Assembly: GCA_047967505.1 (NCBI GenBank)
Contig: CM106538.1
Strand: one strand, 5' to 3'
From: Dipteris shenzhenensis
Lineage: Eukaryota
DNA length: 64,000 bases
The notes beneath the pieces were generated by a model that saw only the letters and a list, made by a program, of their open reading frames with translations, was not told where the DNA came from and did not search any database. Of the stretch, positions 24,266-36,900 are shown piece after piece; the stretch's first letter is position 1, and the number at the start of each line of letters is the position of its first letter. The position numbers were made by a program, and so were the translations under genes.

Positions 24266-25471
24266 TGTTAACCCTGTGGCAACAAGGGCCAGAAGTGCAG
24301 TCAATGACAATAACTATGAGAGCATTGTGTGTGTAGAGTAGCAGCAAAGCTCCGCTTGTAATATCTTGAGCCTGAAAGATGGTATGATAAATCTTAAAGG
24401 ATGAGGATAGCAAAAATCCTCTCTAGAAAAGATCCAATCATACTTGCAAAATCAGGATCTAGAGAGAGACTAAATCTAGAGAGAGAAAGACTAAAAGCCT
24501 ACACTTTTGGAGGTCCCCCCACTTTGTGTAGGGACCCAAAAGGTCCCCCCACTTTGTGTAGAGACCCTATCCAAAAGGTCTCTTACAAAAAAATACCCAC
24601 CACAGAGGTACCTACAGATTGTGTAGAGACCAACATGTATAAATATCTCTCAATGGAACGAAGCTCCCACTCTTTGGAATTTAGTGTTCAAGCTCACTAT
24701 TGTGTTCATGCGATTGATCTCCATTGCATCCATGCTCTCTTACACTATCGTGTTCTAGCATGCCCTTATCCTTGCACTCTGTACCCTTGAACTCACTCCT
24801 CCTCCTCCTTCCTCCCTCTTCCTCCCTCCTCCTCCTCCTCCTCCCTCATCCTTCTTCTCCATCTCCTCCTCCTCCCTCCTCCTCCTCCTCCTCCTTCCTC
24901 CTTCCTCCTCCTCCTCCCATCTCCTTCTCCTTCCTCCTCCTTCTCCCTCCTCCTCCTCCTCCTTCCTCCTCCTCCTCCTTCAATCTCCTTCTCCTTCCTC
25001 CTCCTTCCTCCTTTTTCCTCCTCCTCCTCCCTTCTCCTCCCTTCTCCTCCTCCTCCCTCCTCCTTCTCCTCCTCCCTCCCTCCTCCTCAACCCTTACCCC
25101 TCGAATCTACAAAGGAGACTAGCTCTCCACTCCTCAACCCTACATTCCTCCTAAACCCTACAACCCCCTCTAAACCCTGGAACTCCTAGTTTACTCTCTC
25201 AACCCTGTCCTCCTTTCTAACCCTAAAATCCCCTTCTAAACCCTTGAACTCCTGTGGAGGCAAAAGCCTCCATCAATCGTTATAATCAATCCCTCTTTCT
25301 CATTCACACGTGCATGAGATCTGCTTTCCACACTTTAGCCTATACCTCTCATTAGAACACGACCTGAGGACCTATGCTACACTTGTGAACTCCTATGCTA
25401 CAATGAGCAATGACATGACTGTAGGTGACCAACACCCTCGGAACTTGCATTTGGGCAAAACAGAGACAACA
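24266..25471 (+). repeat. 3' LTR (1206 bp), preceded by PPT AGGGGAG
   Basis: Starts TGTTAACCCTGTGG, ends GACAACA followed by TSD GATAG. Only two copies of the tandem unit, plus a ~40-bp insertion at ~24356-24395. Confidence 0.95.
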
Positions 25472-25476
25472 GATAG

Positions 25477-25746
25477 TAAAAAAATGGACTAAGGAAGACA
25501 TGGTCTGATAGGAAATTCAAGGATAAGGAAATTACTAAATGCAACCTTGTCTTGCTCTACAATGCCAAAGTCTACAAGGTCAAATTAAAGTATCAAGGCC
25601 AAGGACTTTATAAAGTCAAGAAGATCAACCCCATTGGCACCGTGCTCCTAGAAAGTTTGGATGGAGTACAATTTAGCTCGATGATCAATGGCAATAGACT
25701 TGAGTGCTACTACGAGAATTTGCAACTCATCCATGATAAGTCATAA
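25477..25746 (+). mobile_element. Old Gypsy integrase C-terminus (continuation of 10900-13438)
   Basis: NLVLLYNAKVYKVKLKYQGQGLYKVKKINPIGTVLLESLDG...MINGNRLECYY (GPY/F-type region) resumes directly after the TSD. Confidence 0.85.
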
Positions 25747-27180
25747 GCCAACATCCACAAAACCAAAAATTTGGGAATCCCAAATCTTCCCTAGTTTAGC
25801 ACTAGATTCTTATACACACACTCATTGGCACATGTACATTTTTGCACATATAGGTAGACCTAATCTATTTCAACCTGGGGCATAGAGGTGGTCCTAGCTG
25901 CCTAGCAAATAAGCATATAGATAGTTTGTCTTGCCTAGTTGTTAGGTCACATGCACTCATACGATTTTGCATAGGCACATGGCAATTCTTTAAGGGTTGA
26001 AAGTATACATTGGTCAAAGTTCTTTGATCCTCCGTTGGCTTTACAAGAACCTAGACATTCCTACTTCATTAGTTTCAAAGGGATCGGCTCTATGGGTGCA
26101 CATGCAATTCATGATGATGGTACCATCATATCTTTTCCTTTGGCTGCCACCATGAAATATGGCTTAGGAATGCATTATCGCCCTCTGTGGCTCACCATTT
26201 TTTGCATGCTTCGGCCTTTTCTACCATTACCTCTACTTGAGCTTCAGGAGGATAGGCTTGAAGATTGAACTCTTCACTATAGCAATTATCTACTCCTTGA
26301 TCCATGCACAATTGGTTTTTTGCAAGTAATTAGGTTGGAGTGCTCAAATCTTTGTGCTAATCTTACCTCTTACTATGTCAAGGAAGGTAAATCAGCTTCC
26401 ATTTACTCTTTTTACATTTTCGTGGACCTGGTATCCCTACTCAAGCTATGTGACACAATGGTTGTCCTTAGCTTTCCTATTGATTTCCTGAGCTTCAACC
26501 ACCACACTACTCAAATTAGTACTCACACTCATCGTGTACTAGTCTATTCTTATAAATCATTACTCTTTCCCCAAAAATAGGGGTTCAAGTATAGGATTCT
26601 TATCCCACACTATTTGATTTAATCAGTTTGTGTAATACTACTAATCGCTTACACCATAGTGCAACTAGGGGTCCAATTAATAAAATATTCAAGTCTAATT
26701 TAATCAATTTAGACTTAACCGAGTTGTATGATAATATATTCAATATATTCGTATAATATTAAGCCTCTTGTATATGCCATGGATGATGGTATTTTGTTAT
26801 GTATCTTTGTGCTTTCTCCTCAATGTCATCACCTTTGAGTAATACCATTCTAGCCTCTATTTAGTGAGAATCTCAAGGGATATACAATGACCCCTTATTG
26901 ATAGATCTAGAGGGGTGTAAAAACATGCCTCCAAAAAACCCATACCATTCAATGTGGGATTTATCATGCTTTAAACTAGAACATAGGTTGTTAACTTGGT
27001 AAAATACCATCTATATTAGTAACACTTTAGGCTCCTCCATACTCGTTTTAAAAAATGTGAGCTATAAAAGTTCAAGTATCCCATATCTCTTTTTCATTCT
27101 ATTTCATTACACTCTTAACAAATACAAAGTGAAAAATTATCTAATAATTCTTTGACAAGGTCAATCTTAAATGAATCATG

Positions 27181-27490
27181 TGGAAAGCTTGTCTCTCCAT
27201 CTCATAGTAAACTAAGCCCATAATATTAAGGACTTTCTTTATATTATTTAACTGCTAGCATAGCTAAGGGGCTAACCACAAAAGATTCCCCCCACTATCT
27301 CCTATGATTTAATTGCTAGCATAGTTAAGGGACCAACCACATAAGATTTGCCCCTCTATCTCATACTATTTCCATTGTAATATTCATGTATTGGGGGGAT
27401 ATCGTTTATCCCTTTTGTCTATACAGCATCCAAGGGACCTAATGGGAAGCATGTCTATCCATCACATAATAGACTAAGCCCATAGTATTC
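27181..27490. repeat. Local diverged repeats (~61-bp tandem pair 27250-27370; ~47-bp pair at 27181 and 27442)
   Basis: TGCTAGCATAGYTAAGGG..AACCACA.AAGATT occurs twice; GTCT.TCCATC.CATA.TA.ACTAAGCCCATA.TATT occurs twice. Confidence 0.75.
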
Positions 27491-27619
27491 ATAAGGTGGC
27501 ACATTGATTCATGCATTATTTTTTCATAAAATAAATGGGCCTACTAATAAATGTGTCTATGTGTGTTGTACAAAGCTTATGATCATATAATCAAACTCTT
27601 ATTTGCTTTTTGAGACTAA

Positions 27620-28540
27620 GGATATGGCCTAGAAGGCCCTTCACCATGCCCTCTAGACTATCAAGCATCAACCTCTGTATTTAGAGTTTCGGTCTCAAGA
27701 TTTCAATTCTAACAAGCCTAGATCTACTTTTGTTCCTGTATGGGTAGAACTCCCTAACCTTCCTTTCTCTCTGGTAAACCAAGCTCCTAACCTCTGTAGA
27801 AGCTTAGGTCAAGTCATTGATGTAGAGAAGGAAAATTTTATTAATCCTAGAGGTCACCCCCAAGTCTGTGTCAGGTCAGACGTTGCTGAGGAAATCCCAA
27901 ACACGTTGGTAATTGTAAACAAAAATGGGAGAGTCTTTATGGAACAACCTCTAGTTTATAAGAACCTTCCCAATTCCTATTTTTTGTGTGGATTGTCATC
28001 TCACACAATTAAAAGTTTCCCTCTAAAGAGGAATAGATCTAAACAAACTCAGGAACCAGCTTAGGCCAACCACCCTGCCAAGCCCAAGTGGACTATCAAA
28101 GGCAGATAGAAAAATCAAGCTCTTGAGAAGAGTGCAGAGGTAGGGACAAATAAGGGGTTAGTCAAGGAGCTAGAGTAATAGCAGATTCCTGAGGTTCAAC
28201 AAGAGAAAGATAGAGTCACTTTTCCACTGGCCACAAACAATGCATTTGAGGCACTCATAGACTAGGAAACTAAGCAATGGATACATGATGCCAAAATGGA
28301 AGAGGCTGAAATTAAGCATGGCTGGTCCAAGGAGTTTGAAGAGGATGTCAACCAACTGGATGCTAGTATGAGTGAATCTAAGGTTGAGGAATCTGAGGAA
28401 GAACTTCCTCTTGCCCAAAAATAGGAAAAAACTTTTGAAGCCCCTGTCAAACCTCAAGCCATTGCTCAGAATAAGAGAAGGATCTCTCAAGTCAAAGGCC
28501 AGAGTTCCCCACCCAAAAGCCCTACCCCCAAGGCAAAAAA
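27620..28540 (+). mobile_element. L1 LINE ORF1 fragment
   Basis: VPVWVELPNLP...LGQVIDV...YKNLPNSYFLCGLSSHTIKSFP (plant L1 ORF1 with a decayed CCHC knuckle). Homologous to ~55100-55650 on the minus strand. Confidence 0.8.
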
Positions 28541-28544
28541 GGGC

Positions 28545-30901
28545 ATTGGACGTTTAATAAATTCAAGGATCCAAACAATTATTATAGGGAACAATTACTC
28601 CTATTTTACCCATTCAAAGAGGATGAGAACCAAGAATTGTTAGTACATGGAGCTGGCAAATAGCTTTCTATGTAAGACTAGCAACTATAGAAGAAAATAG
28701 GAAGAAATATAACAATCAATATAATGAAAATATTGAAGAAGAAAACTTCTTTAATGATATAACACAAAATGAAGATAATAACATAAATGCCTCCAACGAG
28801 AAAAATGATAGTAATAAAGAATAGTAAGACATTGGATTGGACATGCCTAAATTATAAAAACAAACAAGAATAAATCATTTCGTTATAAGCATAAAACAAC
28901 AAACATTGTTAGACAACAATGAATACTTCCAAAGGTTGCATTCCTTGAACAAAGATCAAAGAGGCCTGTTTGACGATGTAATGATAGGAAAAAGGCCACC
29001 CCCAAGATTAAATTAAATTTATTCCTCACAAGAGGGGTTGGAACTAGGAGAACTTACTTGCTCCTTCTACTGGTGCAAGGACTATTGTGCTATTACAACC
29101 AAAACACTCCAAACATTAACCATGACTTGCCAAAACTTTTCATGCTAGCATATACAAGGAAAGCATCACGCAAAATCAATGGGAACACTATACACTCTAC
29201 TTTGCACTTGCCAATACATACAAAGAACCTTACATCCCTTCTAAGAGAAAAACTAGACACACTTTCGTCTCTATACGAACAAGTCCAACTCATCGTTTGT
29301 TATGAGATCTCATTAGTATACAAAAGAACTATGGACTTTGTCGATCTTGAATGAGAACATTAAAACACAATCACACCAATTACTTTGGCGATGTCGATGT
29401 CATCACTTGTGGTGATTTTTTACCAAGTGAAGCCTGTTAAAGACTCTTGGATTTTCAAGAGGAATGAAGACGACCTATAATGCATAGCAAACACATACTC
29501 GCACACAAAACTGCAATGTTACGAGCTTAAAAATACTATGAGACAAAGTAGCAACACTTTTATAAATGCTTTCAGAAATTGTACACACACAAGCACAACA
29601 TTAACCAAAAGTGCTTTTGCCCAGTACCAACAGATCACACCTTTCCACACCTATACTACACCAACTCTAAAACAAATAAACATAATAAGAAAGTATTGGA
29701 AATATGTACAGGTAAAAAGCACATTTTCAGAGTGATTGATCACTTCTCTGAGATGACATGCATCAAAACCAAACTAGTGGAGGATGCTAAAGTTACAAAC
29801 GGACTGCATACAATTATCAAAATTAAAGAATGGATGTTAGTTGAACTAAGTTTTGGTAATATCAATCAACAAGATGGCCTAGTAAATAAAATAGATGGGA
29901 TATTCATGACATCATCCGCTTATATGGGCAAAGAAATTGTTTGGATATTATTTCCTCAACAAGACATTGGAATGCGAACAAGAAACGAAAACAAACAAGT
30001 CAATAACACATGTATACAACCACAGTGGACACCAATATTTAGAGTCACAAAAGAAGTACAAATAGGTCCATAGAAAACAAGCATCCTCACACATGAACAA
30101 TTTCCCATCCTTACATGCAAACAATCTCCCATTCAACCAACAGTAGCACGACCAATCCATAGAGCTCAAGGATTAACATTGGAAAAACTTGCTTTCTCCC
30201 TAAAAGGAGTACGGCTTGGCATATACATCGTTATCTAGAGTATAAGAAATTGAAAATTTATACTTGGTCGAACAAATTTATACGTGGTCGAGAACCACAG
30301 CAATTTAATAACTTCAATGTAGACAACGACGTGAAAAAGGAAGCTGACCATCTCACTCAACATGTGTCTTGGACAACAATATTGCAAACACACTTGCAAG
30401 ATAAAGCCACTGGCACAATACTCATTAATCTTTGAACACAAGATCCCTTCCAAAAGATATAAAGGCAACAATCCATCTAATGAATTTGGATGTCACTTGT
30501 TTGCAAGAGACAAGAACAAAACTTCGAAGCACATTCATCACTTCGAAAATTCCACACAAACACAAATTACTCGCACTCACAATCCTGCAAAGTTTATCAG
30601 TTTTACCGAGGTTGAAATATACACTGAGAAAGGGATATTAATTACCAGCATCAATGTACACACAACAACCAATGAATATACCATCGTCAACATGTATAGA
30701 CCACCATCTGCAAAACAACACTTCTTCATTTCCTACCTTGACGAAATACTAGCCAAGAAAACAAACAAACTATCTCAAATCATTTTGCTAGGAGATTTCA
30801 ACATTTACATGTTGCAATAGATGCCACAGGCAACAAACCTACAAAATATGATGCACTACTTTAACTTGAAATCGCAATTCAATGAACCAACAACTATTTA
30901 T
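28545..30901 (+). mobile_element. Helentron/Helitron2-type remnant: Rep-helicase linker, PIF1 helicase, then AP-endonuclease (EEP) domain
   Basis: KDPNNYYREQLLLFYPFKEDE; LNKDQRGLF...LFLTRGVGTRRTY (decayed Walker A); AYTRKASRKINGNTIHSTL; IVCYEISLV; FGDVDVITCGDF; NINQQDGLVN; IHRAQGLTL; then NTRSL, VTCLQET, IVNMYRPP and IILLGDFNI. Degenerate. Confidence 0.8.
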
Positions 30902-32526
30902 CGTGGGGGTTAAAGGTCACTGTGCCTTTACCCCGGTTATGTACAATACTCAAACACATATATAAATGAATGAAAAAGAAGATTAGGGTGGTCCTGTACC
31001 CACCAAAACTTGTGTGGCTCTCTGTTTCTCTCTCTCCCTCTTCCGTTCTTGCTTCCGTTGAGAGCACTCTCAACTGGTATCAGAGCCCGGGTGATCTAGC
31101 TGAGCGTACGTGAATGCTTGGAGGCTCGGCAGCTTTGTGGGAGGAAGGAGAAGCTTTGTGGGAAGCTTTGTGGGTGACTTTACTTGCATCCGAGTGTGTA
31201 GAGACCTTGGAGGAACCTTTGGAAAAGTCACTTTGGCTTTGCGAAGTGGTTTTGAGAGCCTGTTAAGTATTTTCAAAGAAAAAGTCGTTTTTTGAGCTTT
31301 TTCCTATTCCGTTCGATGACAGAGACTCCGTATTAACTTGTAGAGGCAACTATTGCTTGCTTTTGGTATCCACTTCACTTCAGGAGCTTGAAAACACCTT
31401 CATTCTTGAATCTGGGATCATTTCATTGGATTTCTGACTCACTGTGTCAGTTTTTGCGTTTTTTTGCCTGGGTGTTGGAACTCAAGTTTAGAGCAACCAT
31501 TTGCAGATCTGTCAGTTCTGGTGGACTCAGGAGGTCCTAAAACTTCTATGTTGCTCATCATTTGCACTCCGGTGGAGTTTACAAATAACTCTGTTTCCAA
31601 AAGCGTTTTTCAGTCCGTGTGTTGGACCCAGTGATTGAGACCACAGTTTCCAAAACCGTCTATCCCATTGCGTTTCGGACGCCCAAAAACCCCTACCTGT
31701 CAGTTTTTACGTGATTCGGTGGAGGATTTTTAGAGTTATAGATCTCTGTGTATTCGATTTCGTCTCTCTGTTATGCATTTTTCATTCTATGGTTTTGAAA
31801 CCTTAGATTTATGCCACATGGCAGTGGATAAGTGTTGACTCCCATTTCTCACTCATCAGTTGGGATTTTGGAGTTCCCGCAGAAGAGAGATATTTGCAGA
31901 TTTTCTTGCTGAGTCCAATTATGCAATGGCGCCCATGTTTTGAGGCATCTCAGGTTCTATTTTCAGTAGCGGTCATTACCGTGGGACTATTATTTCTTGA
32001 GCATACCTTATGCATATCACTCTGATTGCAGTTTGAGCAGTGTGCACTCATTCGTGGTGTGCATTGGGTTGTAGTGGATGATTTATAGGCCATTTGGATG
32101 CATTGCGGTCCTTATTGGATGCACTGATAGGCCCAAATTGCCTTGTGGGATGCTATTTTTATGGACGCTTTGCACATGGATGCTATTTTATGCTGAGGGA
32201 CAGCTTTGACACATTGCAGGTGATGCACTGATAGTGCTATGCTCTCTTGGATGAGATATTATTAATGCATATGCCAGTGGACGGTGTTTATGCTTGAGTG
32301 TTTTGGCACGTATTGGCATTTTGGATTGCCATTGCAGTTGGCATTTTCTTTTGGGCCAGATTTGCTCATATGGATGCATAGTATATGCACATGAGTCAGA
32401 TGCTTTGAGACATGAGTTTTGGTGATATTTCACTCTATTGTGGCATACACATTTGGGTACACCTGATATTTGGTGTGATTCTCTCTTGTAGGCACTAGCA
32501 TTTGGGATTTTTGCTTCATTTGCATC

Positions 32527-35500
32527 ATGGCATCCTCTTCCATGTCTAAAAATGAGTTTTTTAGCATTAAAAAGTTTGATGGGACAAACTTTTCTTTGTG
32601 GAAAGAACAAATAAGGGATGTGCTTATTCAAAAGAAGCATATTAAACCCTTGGCAAGGATTGAAGCTAAGCGTGCAAATATGTCTGAGGATAGTTGGAAT
32701 GAGTTGGATGCATTAGCAAAATCTACTATTAGACTTCATCTTGCAGAGTCAGTTTATTTCACAGTAGTAAATGAGCAGACTACAGAAGATTTGTGGAAGA
32801 AAGTGTGTGCCACTTATGAAAAGGAAACTGCCTCTAATAAAGTTTACCTCATGAAGAGGTTGTTTGAGCTACAGATGAAGGAAGGGTTCTCCATTGCTTC
32901 TCACTTGAACGAATTCAATATTATTTTCAGCCAGCTTTAGGCTCAGAAGATGAATTTTGATGCAGAGACTAAGGCAATATTTCTCTTATGTTCATTGCCA
33001 TCCTCATGGGATACCTTCCGTACAGCTGTCAATAACTTTGCACCTGGTGGAGTACTGAAATTTGATGATGTTGTGGGTAGCTTGTTGGCCGAGGAGATTA
33101 GACGGAAGTCTATGGATGGCAACAAGCAGGATGCAACCTTAAATGTGCAAAGGGGTAGATCACAGTTCAGGGGGAAGTCCCAAGAAAGAGGGAAGTCTCG
33201 TAGCAAATCCAGGGCATGGAACATTGAGTGTTACCACTATGGCAAGAAGGGCCATATAAAAAGGATTGCTACAAGCTAAAAAGAGAGCAAAAGGATAAGA
33301 AAAAGAATGCAAATTGGGGTGCAAATCAGAAGGAAGAGAGTCCAAGGGAGGACAAAGGAAAAGTAGTCACACATGATAGTGACAATGACATTCTCTTCAT
33401 GTCTAGTTTATTTGCAGAGTTGCTTACCACTTCAGATGATGCACATTCCCAGGATTGGATTTTGGATTTTGGTGCTTCATTCTATGTTACTCCCCATAGG
33501 GAATGGTTCTCCACTTATGACAGTGGAAAGACAAATTGTGTGCATCTTGGAAATGACTATGCATGTGACATAGTGGGAGTAGGTGACATAAAGTTTTCTT
33601 TTGCAAATGGGTCTGCATTTGTTTTGAAACATGTCTCAAAACAAATGCAGACCCATTTGCAAAAGAAAACTTTATGTCACCTACTCCCACTATGTCACAT
33701 GCATAGTCATTTCCAAGATGCACAGTTGACCAAGAGTCTTATTTCAGTGGGTCAGCTAGATGTAACTGGTTTTCACACCACTTTTGGCTTTCAGAGTTGG
33801 AAAATTCAGAAGGGCTCTATGCTTTTCGCCAGGGGTGCCAAGTGTGGGACTTTGTATCCCTTACATGTATCAAGGGTATTTGATCATGTTGTTGTAATAA
33901 CCGAGCAGCCAAGCACTTCTCTGTGGCATTGCAGGTTGGGGCACGTGAGCCAGAATGGAATGAAACTCTTATGCCGTTTGGGTTATGTACCGCATTTGAG
34001 TTTCTCTGATTTTGAATTTTGTGAGCATTGTCTCTATGGGAAGTAGAATAAATCAGCCCATAAAAGGAGGGGAAAGAAAGAGTTTGAAAAGCTTGATTTG
34101 GTGCATTCAGACGTATGTGGTCCCATGCCTACACGGTCATTAGGCGGGGCTGAATACTATGTGACACTCATTGATGATGCAACTAGGAAAGTGTGGGCTT
34201 ATGCTATAGCTTGGAAGAGTGATGTGTTCCAGGTATTTCAGAAATGGCTGGCCTTGGTTGAGAATCAATCAGGTAGAACACTTAAATGCCTACGAACTGA
34301 CAATGGTGGAGAGTATCTCTCTCATGACTTTTAGCATTTCTGTGATACATGTGGGATTAAGAGGGAGCTCACATCCCCTCGTACTCCAGAGCAAAATCCA
34401 ATTGCAGAAAAGATGAACCGTACCATTCAAGAAAGGTTGCAATGCATGCTTTCCAATGCAAGTCTTTTTGGTGGTTTTTGGGCTGTGGCAATGAAGACTG
34501 CAGTGCATGGATAGCGTTATTCCTAAAGAGGCATGGAGTGGCAAGAAGCCCTCTTACTCTCATTTGCGTATATTTGGGTGTGAGGCATATGCACATGTGC
34601 CGAAAGAGCTTCGAAAGAAGCTAGATCCTAACTCTAGGAAATGCATCTTTCTGGATTATGGTGAAAGTGGAGAGATGGGATATCGTCTCTGGGATCCAGA
34701 AGCAAAGAAGATCATACGCAGCCATGATGTAGTCTTGAATAAAAGAAGATGCATAAGACACCCATGAGGGATGAGGAAATGAGGAGAATCACTTTCCAGG
34801 ATGTGAATCCACCTGCATATGTTGATAGACAGCAAGCTGTGCATGCACCAAATGTGCAAGAAATGGTACCACCAAGTACTCCCACAAGTATACAATCAAG
34901 GATAGATGATGGGTGGAAATGATGAGCCAAATGTGGCTGATATGCAGGTGGGACAGCAAGCTGAAATGCTCTTGAGAAAATCATCTAGAATGTCTAGACC
35001 GCCTAATAGGTTTGTTCTAGGGGTAGACTATGTGATGCTTACTGATTGCGGGGAGCCTTCTTGCTACAGAGAGGGTATGATGCGCGAGGATCAACGCAAG
35101 TGGGAGTATGCTATGCAATCAGAGATGAGTTCACTTATGAAGAATAAGACTTGGGACTTGGTTTCTTTGCCACATGGAAAGAAAGCATTGCCATGTAAAT
35201 GGGTCTACAAAATGAAGGTCATAGGTGATGATGTGCCTAGGTACAAGGCCCGTTTGGTCACTAAAGGGTTCAAGCAAGAGAAGGGTGTGGAATTTGATGA
35301 GATATTCTCTCCGATTGTGAAGATGACCACACTTAGATGCATGCTTGCACTAGTGGCATCAGAGGATATGGAGCTTATGTAGATGGATGTCAAGACAGCT
35401 TTCTTGCATGGGGATTTGCATGAGGAAATTTACATGGTGCAGCCGGAAGGCTTTGAAGAAAAGGGCAAAGAGCATTTAGTTTGCAAGCTAAAGAAGAGTC

Positions 35501-36603
35501 TCTATGGTCTTAAGCAAGCGCCTAGAGAATGGTATCAGAAGTTTGATGCTTTCATTCGGTCCCAGGGTTTTAGAAGGAGTGAAATTGATCACTACCTCTA
35601 CACTAAAAGGGCTAAGGATAATAGCCTGATAATCTTGGCACTATATGTGGATGATATGCTATTGGCTAGCAAGAATACTTATGAGCTAGATGCATTAAAG
35701 GCCAAGTTGCATGAGGCCTTTGATATGAAGGATTTGGGACTTGCAGGTCATATTCTTGGTATGCGCATCACGCGTGATCCGAGTAGGAAACTCCTTTGGC
35801 TTTCACAAAAAGAGTATGTTACAAAAGTATTGCAGCGTTTCAATATGGAGGGGGGGAAGGCAGTGAGTACTCCATTGCCTCCATATGTGAAACTGAGTCA
35901 TACAGATAGTCCCAAATCAGATGAGGAAAGGGCCATGATGGCCAAGGTTCCTTATGCATCAACAGTTGGGAGTCTTATGTATGCTATGATAGCTACTAGA
36001 CCAGACATTGCATTTGCAGTGGGAGTTGTTAACCGGTAAATGGCTAATCCAAGAAAGAGGCATTGGGAGGCAGTTAAGTGCATCATGAGGTACATGAAGG
36101 GTACCAAAGAGATGTGCATCTGCTTTGGTAAAGGAGACATGCGTGTACTTGGGTACATAGATTCAGACTATGCAGGGCATGTGGATAGTAGGAGATCCAC
36201 TTCTTGTTATGTGTTCACCTTTGCAGGTGGTGCAGTGTCATGGATGTCTCGCGCATAGAACTGCGTTGCTTTGTCTACCATAGAGGCTGAGTATGTTGCA
36301 GCCATAGAGGGTTGCAAGGAGGCTATATGGCTTGATCGGCTAGTGGGAGATTTGGGGATTCATACAAGTGTACCGACATTGCATAGTGATTCCATGAGTG
36401 CTATTCAATTAGCACGGAATCCGGTCTTTCATGCAAAGACCAAACACATTGAGGTTAGGTACCATTTCATCAAGGAGGTACTTGAGGACAAGCGCATAGA
36501 GCTTGTCAAGGTTCATACAGATGATAACCCTGCAGATATGCTGACGAAGAGTCTACCTAGTCAGCGGTTTGAGTATTGTCATGTATTGATGGGCATTGGA
36601 TAG
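32527..36603 (+). pseudogene. Copia gag-PR-IN-RT-RNase H polyprotein with premature stops and frameshifts
   Basis: KFDGTNFSLWK (gag); WILDFGAS (protease); [20 protein letters not shown] and LRTDNGGEY (integrase); MDVKTAFLHG, LYGLKQAPREW and LYVDDML (RT); DSDYAG and TKHIEVRYHF (RNase H). Confidence 0.95.
33539..33724. repeat. 186-bp spacerless palindrome (93-bp arms, one mismatch) in the Copia protease region
   Basis: Centre at 33631/33632 (ACA|TGT). The peptide HLGNDYACDIVGVGDIKFSFANGSAFVL[K/R]HVSKQMQTH... appears in ORFs on both strands. Confidence 0.95.
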
Positions 36604-36818
36604 TATGCTCACTAGTTGTTCTCCCTTAAAAGCACATTGTCCTTTAAGTGGGAGGTTGTGGGGGTTAAAGGTCACTGTGCCTTTACCCCGGTTATGTACA
36701 ATACTCAAACACATATATAAATGAATGGGTGGTCGTGCACCCACCAAAACTTGTGTGGCTCTTTGTTTCTCTCTCTCCCTCTTCCATTCTTGCTTCCGTT
36801 GAGAGCACTCTCATTTAT

Positions 36819-36900
36819 GGATCTCAATTAGAGTACATATGGACCAACATTGACAATCCAAATAAACTTTCGCATATTGTCCACCTCATACATATACACA
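36819..36900 (+). mobile_element. Continuation of the Helentron endonuclease domain after the Copia insertion
   Basis: Removing the Copia and one TSD restores EPTTIY|GSQLEYIWTNI, matching the EEP PT...S.(I/L)D.I motif. Confidence 0.75.

Larger units (their letters stand above)
13439..25471 (+). mobile_element. Full-length Ty3/Gypsy LTR retrotransposon (non-chromovirus, Athila-like), degenerate
   Basis: TG...CA LTRs at 13439-14763 and 24266-25471. 5-bp TSD GATAG at 13434-13438 and 25472-25476. PBS, PPT and gag-PR-RT-RH-IN order all present. Confidence 0.95.
30902..36813 (+). mobile_element. Full-length Ty1/Copia LTR retrotransposon (Tnt1/Tork-like), degenerate
   Basis: LTRs 30902-31072 (starts CG rather than TG) and 36657-36813. 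TSD TTTAT at 30897-30901 and 36814-36818. PBS TGGTATCAGAGC (tRNA-iMet) at 31075-31086. PPT AAGTGGGAGG at 36646-36655. Confidence 0.95.

Noticed and set aside
9580-26800. LTR pair for the older host Gypsy
   Set aside because: Only a faint short similarity (~9625 versus ~26588); no TG...CA boundaries, PBS or TSD could be established by eye.
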